Shown: in pieces, positions 11,692 to 22,533 of the stretch | Position numbering within the stretch: position 1 is the stretch's first letter | Layout of the letters: every line of letters starts with the position of its first letter | NCBI GenBank assembly: GCA_023920165.1 | Contig: CP089277.1 | Span: 372,001-436,000 of the forward strand | DNA: 64,000 nt | Origin: Curvularia clavata | Lineage: Eukaryota | Reading direction: 5' to 3' | Made by a program: the position numbers and the translations under genes | The notes under the pieces: generated by a model | What the model was told of the DNA's origin: nothing | Seen by the model: only the letters and a program-made list of their open reading frames with translations | Databases searched by the model: none

Positions 11692-12567
11692 ATGGCCGAA
11701 CCTCCCATCGCCCGTCCACTCACCCCGCCTTCACCCCCTCCAACTTCCCTCCCACTACACACACCGCCTCCGCCCTTCACATCCTCCTCCCTAACCCCCA
11801 TAACCCAAGGCGCCGAAGCCCTCGTCTACAAAACCACATTTCTCTCGCCTCAGACGCCCGTAGTCCTCAAGTACCGTCCTCCAAAGCCATATCGACATCC
11901 TACACTCGACGCGCGACTGACGAAACAACGGTTACTAGCCGAAGCGAGGAGTCTAGCAAGGGTGAAGAGAGGTGGCGTCAATGTTCCCGGGGTATTGGGG
12001 TTAGATTGGGAAAAAGGGTGGATAGTATTGGAGTTTGTAGGGGGAGGTACAGTGAGGGGGGTGTTGGATGCGTGGGCGAGTCGAAAGACGAGTACAACAT
12101 ATACAGGTACAGAAGAAGGGAAAGAAGAAGAAGAGAAGGATATGCTGGAACTTATGAGGCGCGTGGGTCGTGAGATTGGAAAACTACATGCTCTGGGTGT
12201 TTGTCATGGTGATCTCACGACGAGTAATATCATGTTGAGATCTCCTGTTGTTTCTACGTCTACCTCTTCGGATGCTGCGGCTGCTGCTGCTACTGATAAG
12301 GATGAAGACGACAAGCTGGCTCAGTCACTGCAGGGTGACGTCTTCCTTATTGACTTTGGGCTCACGAGCGCATCCATTGCAGACGAGGACAAGGCTGTCG
12401 ACTTGTATGTTCTCGAGCGCGCGTTTAGCGCTACGCATCCTGCGGCGGAACCTTTGTTCCATGAGGTACTGCGGGCGTATGGGGAGACGGGCAAGGGGGC
12501 GAGGGGTGTGTTGAAGAGGTTGGAAGAGGTGAGGTTGAGGGGGCGGAAGAGGAGTATGCTTGGTTGA
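11692..12567 (+). CDS. BUD32: EKC/KEOPS complex atypical kinase Bud32 (TP53RK)
   Basis: Motifs QGAEALVY, KYRPPKPYRHPTLD, HGDLTTSNIML, LIDFGL, EDKAVDLYVLERAF and terminal VRLRGRKRSMLG. First true ATG at 11692. Confidence 0.95.
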   Translation: MAEPPIARPLTPPSPPPTSLPLHTPPPPFTSSSLTPITQGAEALVYKTTFLSPQTPVVLKYRPPKPYRHPTLDARLTKQRLLAEARSLARVKRGGVNVPGVLGLDWEKGWIVLEFVGGGTVRGVLDAWASRKTSTTYTGTEEGKEEEEKDMLELMRRVGREIGKLHALGVCHGDLTTSNIMLRSPVVSTSTSSDAAAAAATDKDEDDKLAQSLQGDVFLIDFGLTSASIADEDKAVDLYVLERAFSATHPAAEPLFHEVLRAYGETGKGARGVLKRLEEVRLRGRKRSMLG

Positions 12568-13177
12568 GAGCTGGATTGTGCGAGGGAGAGGGAGATGGAG
12601 ATAGGTGGGTGTAAATGGAAGCTGTTTGACAAGCATGACTGGAATTGTCTTCGGGGTAGAAAGATGCATTTTCAGCGGACTGGCGTGCTGGGTTCAGGCC
12701 AGGAATATGGCCCCATGTGCGTGAGTGTGGGCAAAAGGCGATGCACGTCTTCACGACGCAAAAGTAAGAAAAGCATCTTCCTCACAACGGCTAGCCAAGC
12801 ATATCTTTCGATCGAAAGGACTAGTCAAGTCCACTCAAACCAAGTATCAGACACACATCATACAAACAACAAGCGAGATAGAAGGATCAATTGATAGACT
12901 AGACAGCTACAGTCTCAGCCATCTAGACAAAACAATACATTCGAAGCTAGTTTTGACAACGATAACAAAAGAAAAATCGTAACGAGTAGTTAACCCCAGG
13001 CCTGAAGCCATGTCTTCAAATAAAGTGCAACGCCGGTGGGGGGTTACAACAACATCCCCCCCATTCCATAGCAACGCCCGTTGCCCAACCAAGGCAAACG
13101 GGGCGAAAAACGCCAATGTCCATCCCTATGTAAAAATTCCGAAAAGAAGAAGAAAAAGTAAAATATACGCACAAGCA

Positions 13178-16100
13178 CTAGTCGTCCTGGACACTAGCAC
13201 TCGCATACCCATCATCAACATCCGACTCTGCCTTTTTCTTCTTCGTCTCATCCACCTTCTTCTGGTGGCTCAGCCCGACAAGACTCTTACTCGCGTCAAG
13301 GCAGCTATTTACAATCTTTGCCCTGACCTTGTTCGACAGACCACTCCGCTTGCCAGTCTCGTGGCCGATCCACATGCGCAGCGAACTAGCGATGCGCTCG
13401 AGGCCTCGGCTAGTCTCAGATTTTAGAGCGTCGTCGGCCATGAACTGCGTGAGCACTTTGTGACCGGCAACAAAGCTCAAGAGTGTGGTGGTGGGTTCGG
13501 GGAGGTAGGTGTTATTGACGACGAAAACGGCGCGACGGCGTGCCTCGGGGGTCGAGAACTTGCTGAGGGAGAGGCACTTGGCCAGTGTGAGAGCTTTGCG
13601 CACGTCGGGCGCCACGAAGCCGTTGCCGACAATGTTGATGAATCCGGAATCGGCAGGCTTGGGCGTAGATGGAAGAGCTTCGAGAGCGGCTGCGATGCGT
13701 TCATCGCGATCCTCATCGAGTACAACCGCCTGAGCAACCAAGCCACGAAGCTGAGCTTGCGAGTTGGGAGGTGCAGCTCGAAGGGCGAGCTCAAAGTCTG
13801 CAATGACGCTGGCCTTTGCGGTGCAGTTCTTGGTTGCAAGCGTTTTGGCCAATCCCTTGTTCAGTACAAGACTCGAGTACCAAGCAGCAAGCGCATCCAG
13901 GGGCGAGCAAATAGCAAAGTCTTCTACGACAGCATCCATAGAGGTGTCCACGGTCGTTTGCTCTGCGCTAGGCTTGTTCCAGGCAAGATTGTAGGCACGT
14001 TGTACGACTGCAGGAACAAGAACATCGTCACACTCCTTCTCGATGAGCGCAGCGAGATGGTCTGGCAGTGGCTCGACGGTGCTGTTCTTCTTGGATGCGT
14101 TTGCAGCGATGCGGTGCTCGCTTCGTGCCATGTTCCAATAGCTGCGTGCCAGTTTCGCGCTCAAATCATTCAGCGTCCACAAGGAGTTGTGGCCGATGTT
14201 GCCAATCTCCCAAAGGACGATTCGAATATGCAGAGCCTTGAGCATCAGCCTTGCAGGTGTATCTGGCAGTGTTCCGGATGCGATCAGTGTAAGGAGAAGT
14301 CGGCTCTTGCTGATCTCTGCATCTCCACCTGTAAGCTGAGAGTCGAGCGCAATCTCCCAGGCTTTGAGGCGTGCCGTTTCTTGCTCGCGAGTGATGCCGG
14401 TGAGGTATGCGTAGCCTTCCCATCCAATGATCCTGCGCAGGCTGAGCTTGAGCGTCTTCAGGCCCAGCGCAGCGAACTCAAGGATAAAGTTGTGCTGCGG
14501 TACCCAGACGGTTTGAATAGCAGTGAGCCAGGCCTTTCTTCGTACCTCGACCGGTGAAGCAAGCGATGGTGCGGGCGACAAAAGAACGCAAGATGGAGAC
14601 TTCTTCTTTGGTTTCGCCTTGAAGTTGAGCAGTGGAGCAATAAGGTAGAAAAATGCGCCGAATACCAGGAGAAGTTTAGCCAGAGGGATTTGAGCTGATG
14701 AAGCACCAAGGGAGACACGAGGAGCGAGAATGCTGACCAGGTTGACAGGCAGAGCGAACAAGCCCCGACCTTCTGGCTCTTCTTGTGACTGCTCGCGCTC
14801 GACGAGTCCTTCGAGAATCATCAAACCAGCCAGAGAACCAACCATGAGCTTGCCCATCATGGCACCGCTGCGTCGACCGTTGACCATGGGTGGGCCAGCT
14901 GTTGGGTGGCCTCCGTATCCGGTAGGGTAGGCAGGCGCGTAGTGCTGTTGGGGTGGCAATCCGCGCTGGAGGGCAGCAATGTTGTCTGGGACGGGGATCA
15001 TTCCTTGTGGTGGCCCAGATAGCGGAAGACCATGTGCTGGTGAGAAAGGATCTTCGTGGTACCTGTCGGGTGTGCCACCCGGGCCGTGTAACGTAATGGG
15101 ACCCGATATCGCCATCTTCTCGTAGCTCTCGACCCGTCCCTTCATCGTATTCAGCTCATCCTGTAGGCGCTTATTGCGCTTCTCCAGGTGGCGAATGTAT
15201 TCTGTTGCTTTTGACAAGACGGTGGCCTTGTTGAGCTTGTGAGCAGGCGTGAGTCCTTCGAGATCCTCAGGGTCGTCGTCCTCCTCAGTGCCATTCGGTC
15301 GCGACATGACACGCAAACTCGGGACACCTACAAGTATAATCAGCAACTGGTTCGCAGTGCGCGTGAATGAAACCTACTATCGCGAAGCGCTGCAATCTTG
15401 TCGTTGAGATTCGTCCGATACCGCTTCTCAATCATGTTGTGTGCAGTCTTCTTAGGCGGCGCCCCTCCTTTCTTGGAGGATGGTGCATCGTCGTCTGGCT
15501 CTTCCGAGTCCGCTAATGATTTGCGCTTCCTTGCATTAGACGGGGCAGGCTCTGGTGATGAATGCGATGAGGTTGAGCTGGATCGACCGTTGTTTAGCGA
15601 ATTTGGGCTGTGGTGCAGGCTAGGAGTAGACTCTGGTGGTGGTGGTACAGCATAGCTGGACTGCTGGTATGGCGATGGGGAAAACAGGGTGTTGTCGGGT
15701 AGGAGTTGTTGTTGTTGTTGTTGTTGTTGTTGTTGAGATTGTTGCTGCGGTTGCTGTTGCTGTGGTTGTTGTTGCCATTGCTGAGGCGAGTAGTATGCGT
15801 TCTGTTGTTGCATCTCTCCCGAGAGTGGTGAGCTCAGCGTAGAACCGCTAAAGTCAAAGGCCAGCGGCATGTCGGCAGTCTGGCCAAAGGTAAAGGGCAC
15901 GCCATGGGATTGGGCGAACATGGGAGCGGCGGTGGTGGTGACGGGTATATTGTTGGATGGCAGAGATTGAGACTGTGGGTGCTGGGAGATATGGGGCTCG
16001 GGTTGCTGTGGTGCTCCAGGGTATGCGGCGGGCCCCTGCTGGTTTGCGGCCTTAGGGTCGACGGTCTGGGTATCCTGAGACGGCTGGGCGGGGTTATAGT

Positions 16101-16445
16101 GCATCCATTCGTTCCAGTCGGTTGTGTCGTCGGCTGGAGCAGTGAGGGTCATGTCGTCGCCGGCAGTGGTGAGCCAAGGACCGCGCATGTTGCCAAAGGG
16201 AAAGTCGCTGGACATCATGGGGTCCTCCATCCTGCTCGCGGGCCGGCTTGGGGCTTGGGTGGTTGGGGGAGCTTGCTGGGGGCTCGGGGGAAGCCTGAAG
16301 TTGTCAAAGACACAGTAGGGACCGACCTGGAGAGGGAGGCATGGTTAGCAGAAGAGACAGAGGTGGCGGCGAGCATGGCGTCACGCACGGCGATTCGCTC
16401 CAGCTCCAGCCCGTCGTCGGGGCTGCCATAGGGGTCAGAAGCCAT
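13178..16445 (-). CDS. srbA: Sterol regulatory element-binding protein (SREBP; SrbA/Sre1-type bHLH with two TM segments and C-terminal DUF2014-like region)
   Basis: bHLH [49 protein letters not shown] carries the SREBP-specific Tyr. TM segments GKLMVGSLAGLMILEGL and LAKLLLVFGAFFYLIAPL. Introns 15328-15377 and probably 16232-16326. Confidence 0.92.
15706..15774 (-). repeat. CAA/CAG trinucleotide repeat encoding polyQ in the SREBP N-terminus
   Basis: (TTG)n/(CTG)n run on the + strand, translated QQQPQQQQPQQQSQQQQQQQQQQ. Confidence 0.85.
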
Positions 16446-16620
16446 TGGGGAGACTAAATGCGTCGGCGGGCGGGCGGGCGGGCTGCAAAACAATAACCCG
16501 CCAGCGACAACGACAACGGCAACGACAATAATACAACGAGAAAAAGGATACAAGACGGTGTGGGCAACTCGCGTGTAGAAGGCAGCTCGGGTCTTACCAG
16601 GTGCTGGGTCGACAATCAGA

Positions 16621-16631
16621 ATCATGCCACT
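16621..16631. promoter_or_regulatory. SrbA-type sterol regulatory element
   Basis: ATCATGCCACT matches the Aspergillus SrbA consensus RTCA(T/C/G)(C/G)CCAC(T/C) at 11/11 positions, ~175 bp upstream of the SREBP start codon. Confidence 0.6.
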
Positions 16632-19600
16632 CTCGACGTCCTCTCTCACAGACGCTGCACAAGGCGAATGCGGGCGGCGGCGGCAGATCCGGCAGAGAGC
16701 GCAGAGCTACAGTAGCAGATAGCGAATGGCGCTCAGTATTGGTGATCGCCTGCAGGAATCGTGCTACGGCGCCGGGGGTTAGATGGCTCTCGCGTGTAGG
16801 AGGATGTTGGAGTGGTTCGACAAGTCGTACGATGGATGGAGAAGCGACTGGGGTGGGCTAAGCCGCCACGAAAATCGGCCAGCAGTGCACCGCGCAGTGT
16901 TTCGCGCGTCTAGTACACCAGCGTTTTTTCTTCTTTCGCACAGAGGGGATGTGTATGCGTGCGTGCGTGTGTATGGGCGTTGCGAGAGCAAGCCAGAAGC
17001 GATGGGCAGCGTGCAGGTGGTGGGAAACGCGTCTTTGTTGCGCACAGCGGCCGAAATGAGGGGATCTGGGCCTTAAGTTTGACGCTCCGTCGTCGTAGGC
17101 GTGAGGCTGGTGCGGTATGAGCCAATCCCTGTCTCGGCGGCATGGCTTTTCATATAGCCATGCGCCATCGCCATCGCCACTGCCATGAAGCAGAGCACCA
17201 CCACGCTGGGCCATTCGATCGCGATAACCGAGCACAGCACAGCCATGACGAGGCGCTGTTGAGAGCTGCCAAATGCCCATGGGGTCGCTTTTGGTTGTTG
17301 TGACGTGTGGCGGATCAGGCCAGCCCACACAGCAACCATGGTTCATCGCGCCCTACTCCGTGCCGGACCGTACTTATGCGTCCCACCTCCTATGCTTACC
17401 AAACACCATGGCCCTCTTGCCCTGAACCCCTACTTGCCGTCTTGTCGTGTTTCGTCATTACAACAAAGGCGCTTTTCTTAGCAGCGCTGCTGACTGGACT
17501 TGCACGTCGTAAATTGAATACGAGAAGATCCCCATACATACGACGGCATTCCTATGTCATTGTCCAAGAGCCCTTGCTATAGACACTTGTCTCGAGGCCC
17601 ACCTGCCCAAACTCACTAGTCTTCGCGTCAAACGAGCACAATTCTCAAGCCTATCATGGACTTCTTTCTAAGCAGCGTATATACGGATATTCTCGTTGCT
17701 TGGTCCTCTGCTGTGACAATGTGTCAAAGGACATTTCACCTGAACCTTCAGGCCGGACGAAGAAGACGCCAGACAAGGAAACCGAGAATGAGCCAACCAA
17801 GCAGGTAGATAAACAGACCACAACGACTCTTCTGCGCTGCTGGCATGAGAGTGCGTACGTCTCCGGTTGCTGATCTGGTTTCAACCTCCCCCCTTCTGCT
17901 CCGTGGAAAGAAAACTAAGTCGTAAGCATCTTGCAAATTCTGCCGCAAGTCCTGCCGCATCTTCCATAATACCGTGTTGGAAGAATCCCCGTAACCTCGT
18001 TGCCAGCAAACCTGTCGTACGACACCAACTGGGCGGTACGTTGGCCCAACGTGCAAGGGCAAAGCATGTCTATACCCATCACGATCCCTAGATATTCGCG
18101 ACGTGGTACAGCATATGTCACCTCTTGTCTTGGGTCACTCACAGACCGACGCCGTTGCATGTCCGCCCCCAGTGTCCCTCCAGGGTTGGCTGTCATTTTC
18201 CCCGTCAGCTTGAGAATACGAGAAGACCTTCATGCTGGATGGAAAGGAACCCCGACAAAAACACCACCAGGGTGATATCGTCTCCGCGGGCTTACTGAGA
18301 ACGCGTATGCATCGCAGTCTTCCAAGCTCCTAGGTAAAAATCCAGTCTGCTGACCTCCTCGCATCTCTACAACCAAGTACAGGACCAACACTTGTACAAG
18401 GAGACTCCTAAGCCGCTCCGTAGTCCTACTAGCAGGATTTTTGCAGGGCCTAGAGCCAGTTACTGTGACATTCTGGCAGTGTTGTGTTGGATATGGGTTT
18501 TGCCGAACACAAAAAAAAAGGGTCACTTCCCGGACATCTTGACATGCCGCTTTACTCATCATCTGGAACGACAATTGGTCACGATCCTCCGCGATCCTCC
18601 ATACATGCATGATGAATGACCAAAGGCTGTACCGCAGGCATTGGTACTACGGTAAACTTACATCTCACAATCTCCTGCCCTGGATGGCTCGGGAAAATAC
18701 ACCGTGTATCAACAGCCGCTGTTAGTCTCTATACTAACGAGCAGGAGGAATCTTCGATAGCAAGAACCATCTAGATCACTCCTCTTGCTCGTATTTTGGC
18801 TCATGATGGTGACCAAGCCAGACTGGTTTGGTCGTGCGCTCGATCCCGCAGAGCCGTGAAACCACTAGCAATATCACTAGCAAATGGCTACTTTGAGAGT
18901 GAGGCTTAGCTTTGGAGGCAGAAAAAAAAAGGAAAAGGCCCTATTTTGGACTTACCAACACGCCCGGGCTGAGTTGACATGTATCGTACGTTGTCCTATC
19001 TTAGTCGCAAAGCTAGAACACGTCCAGGCGTACGTTGCAACCCGAGCGCCTGCAAAGACATCGATGGTGCGAAAGGGGTCCAGCTGCAGCTCGAATCAGG
19101 AGTGCATGCAGACTTTGTTAGCGTGAGCCTGCGTCAATCGGTGTGCGCTCAGTGGTACGAACACATGTCAGAAGGTGTAGTGTACCGGCTTAGCTTCAAC
19201 GCATACTCCGTACAGACTTCAGTATACGAATAGCTTGCAGCCTAGGGTGGTTTTGCTCGTGATGCTCGCGCTACTGCAAGCTTGGCCGACGGTGCTCTAC
19301 CTATTTTGTACCGTTGGTGATCATGATCTTCAAGGGATCTTCTTGGGCGGCAAGGCTTCACCCGTTCCAGGGGGAGCGTGCAGCCGCTTCAGGCCGTTTT
19401 GAGCCAGAGCAGTAACCCGCTTTTGCAGAAAGAGCAGTTCTGAGGGCAATGTAGGACCAAGCGAGCGAACTACAGCGCCTCGCTCTGCAGTCCGTCTTAA
19501 GCAAGATCGACATGTCTCCACAAGCCGCCATAGGGCTCATATACCCCCGTGATCATCAATTGCGGCTCGCAGGGCAGGGCCTGAGAAGCACTCTGATGCA

Positions 19601-22497
19601 GGGCAACTCGCAATACCCTGAGTGCTTCCGGGGTCTCGTACGACGTGGCGTTCAAGTTCGTACTGGATAGGCAATGGACAAAAAAGCAATAATGATTGCA
19701 GACTTATGGAGGATCAGCCTAGCTCAGCTGCACGGGCCAGTCAGACTCTTCAAAGAAGTCTGGGATGCGGGTTTTTGGTGCAACGTAGCTGGTCGTAGGA
19801 GGATTAACAATGGCCTCCTTGTAATGGGATCATCATGAATCTAGACAGAATCATGGCTCTTTGTCTTCTTTCCTTTGCAAGATGCTAGGAGTACCGAGGT
19901 GTGTGATCTTGTCTTGAGGTTTGCGCCTTGCACTAGGCATCGATTGCCAGCCAATCGGGGGATACCACTAGGATGGCTGCCGCCGCTTTAAACACGAATG
20001 GCGCTGATCTAGTAGCATCCTATCGAACGCGAAAACCGTCTATGCGGTAACTATTAGCGTTAACGTGTCGAGAATCATTTGATGACGAGTATGGTGGGGC
20101 ATCTCGAAATGAATCGACATACGAACGTAGTCATGGGGGCAGTTATGCATGCACTACAGACTGTCAGATCCGAAGTAACAGCGTCGCCATGTGTGTATTG
20201 AGATGATCTCATGCGTACGACTGACTAGGTGTTATGGGGGGTTTGGGTTTTCTTCAAGACGGCGGCAAATCCCATGTGGGGGTCAATCCGCCGTCAACCG
20301 AAGCGGGAGGATCCAGATGATTGCATATCGGACTCGAAATCGAGACAAACAAGCGAAGGGAAGAAGGAAAGAAAGCACATCACGCAGCGGAATGGCTCCG
20401 GCCGCAGTATGTGGTGTGACAGAAATTCCTTGCAATGATTGTTGCAAGCACAGCCTTGCGTTGACATGAACATCGTGTTCATGCATAAACCACGTTTGAG
20501 ATTGGAGACGAGAAATTATGTCGTCATGGATCTCGCCGCTCCAGTGTTTACATGCGGCACCAGGCCATCTGAGATTCACTACGATGGCCTTTGCGTGATG
20601 CGTTTCATATGCCAGATCCTGATGCTGGTGTGTAGTAGGCAGATCTACAATCTAGACGCAGGTCTCACGATAGCCGGTACGCTAGAAGTATTGCTATTTG
20701 GCTAGCATTCGGCACTCTGCTCTGCACGTCACCTTTGTTCTGTTGCAGGTAGACAGCCCAGAAGGGTCCTGTAATTATTAGTAATCTGCCCTGTTCATTG
20801 TTCAGGTATTCGCAGCATGTGATTGAGCAGGGATACAGTTGCGCTGCTTTCACGCATACATACTACACACGTGTCGTGTTACTAGTAGAGGGATAATTCA
20901 TGAACTGTCGTCTAGCCCAGTCACTTGTCGGTCCTAGTCGCCAGATCGTCCAAGTGCTAGTGACAAGGTGAGCTCCAGGGACACGACTCCGCTCTATTGT
21001 TTGGGCGGCATTGAACAAGGCCACGGCACAATTCGGTTTTCTAGCAACATTTGCACAACGTAAAACGCCGTCGAAATTATATCGCGTAGCCGGTGCTGCA
21101 TGAGGGCCTGCGGCACGAGGACCGAAAAAAAAACAAGGGTGACAAAGCTGCTCCAACGTTTGACGGTCGGCGCCTTCGGCTCTGGGTTATCTTCGCCCAG
21201 CGGCACCAATGTGCCGATGACTGTCAGTTGAATAGGGTCTTCCCGAAACGGGCAAACGTAACGATTCCTTCGGACATGCATGTAGCGATAAGCCGCTCAG
21301 TCCTGTGACGACCCGTGTTTCCCCAAGAGGCCACGAATATTTTGATCAACAGATTTCCACTGCATGTCGCCTAAAGAGGTTGTGGGAAAAGGCGAATTCG
21401 CGGTGGGCCTGTCGAACGTTGCTTTTTGCCGCGCCGTGCCGTGAGAAAAAATAAACCGCGACGAAGCAAGGCCACGGCGTCTGGACAAAGCTGATGGTGG
21501 GTGAGACAATCCCAAACTGATTTGAGTAAACGGCCGAGGGGGGACGAACGTGGACGGGCGGATATTCTCGAAACACACTTCGCAGAAGGTCCAGGGTACA
21601 CCGAAGGTGGTACGATGCAATGTCTTTATTGCACCCATGTCGCTTAAGCAAGAGACCAAATGGGGGACAGTGCATTAAACCTCTTTGGGCGCCGTCCACT
21701 AAAACTGGGTATCAGATGCGTGTGAGATGAAAAGGGTGTGACCGGCGTCAGATCGAGATCGTCCCCAAGCGAGGGAATGTAACTGAAGATCCTGAGTCAG
21801 ATGGCGGAACTATAGCAGGGGTGCTCATAACATCACACTTTCTGGTGTGGTGACAGGGTTAATCTGTCAATTAGTATCGAGTTTCCTCGGCTGTGACAGG
21901 CTCTCGGCATATGTGCTTGTGGTAGGGATTCACCTCATCTATCGAGACATGTGAATGAGGCATGGACCTCACGACTGACTGGTAATAGGGTTTAGAGACC
22001 CCTTGCGGCGGGTCAACAGGGTCTCGTTTGGTGAGCTACCTTGTGCTTTTTTGTGTTTGCAAGACACAAACTGTATCTGCTAAACGTGCCGCAGCTGAAT
22101 AAACGTGGAACTTGACCCATTCAAGACAAAACCAGGTTGGGGTATACACCTGGAGAGGCAAGGCGCCAGCCAAAAGCGTAGGCAATGAGCTGGAATCGCT
22201 AGTTTCTGCCTGGTATGGGCTGAAGTATGCCCACCGAGTATTGTATCAGTAGTGTGTGCGGATCCGTCAGCTACGGGATGCTTGCGACAAGATCCATCAT
22301 CTTGGTCATGGTTGAGCTGAAAGCTAGCATGGTCTTGGGCGTGTCACCCCATCCGTACGAAGCCAGCGAGTCGGATTCCATATCCATACAGATGCATGCA
22401 AAACATGGCCCGGAGTGACAAGGGCGCTCAGGGTCTCTCTCAGCAAATCAGCTCATGAACTGTGCATCTACCAGATGCACATGATTGGGTTGTTCTA

Positions 22498-22533
22498 GTG
22501 CGTGCGTGCGTGCGTGCGTGCGCAGCAGCAGCA
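22498..22533. repeat. (GTGC)n plus (GCA)n microsatellite
   Basis: gtgcgtgcgtgcgtgcgtgcgtgcgcagcagcagca seen directly. Confidence 0.8.

Noticed and set aside
13460..14557. 365-aa ORF antisense to SREBP
   Set aside because: Antisense shadow with no recognisable motifs.
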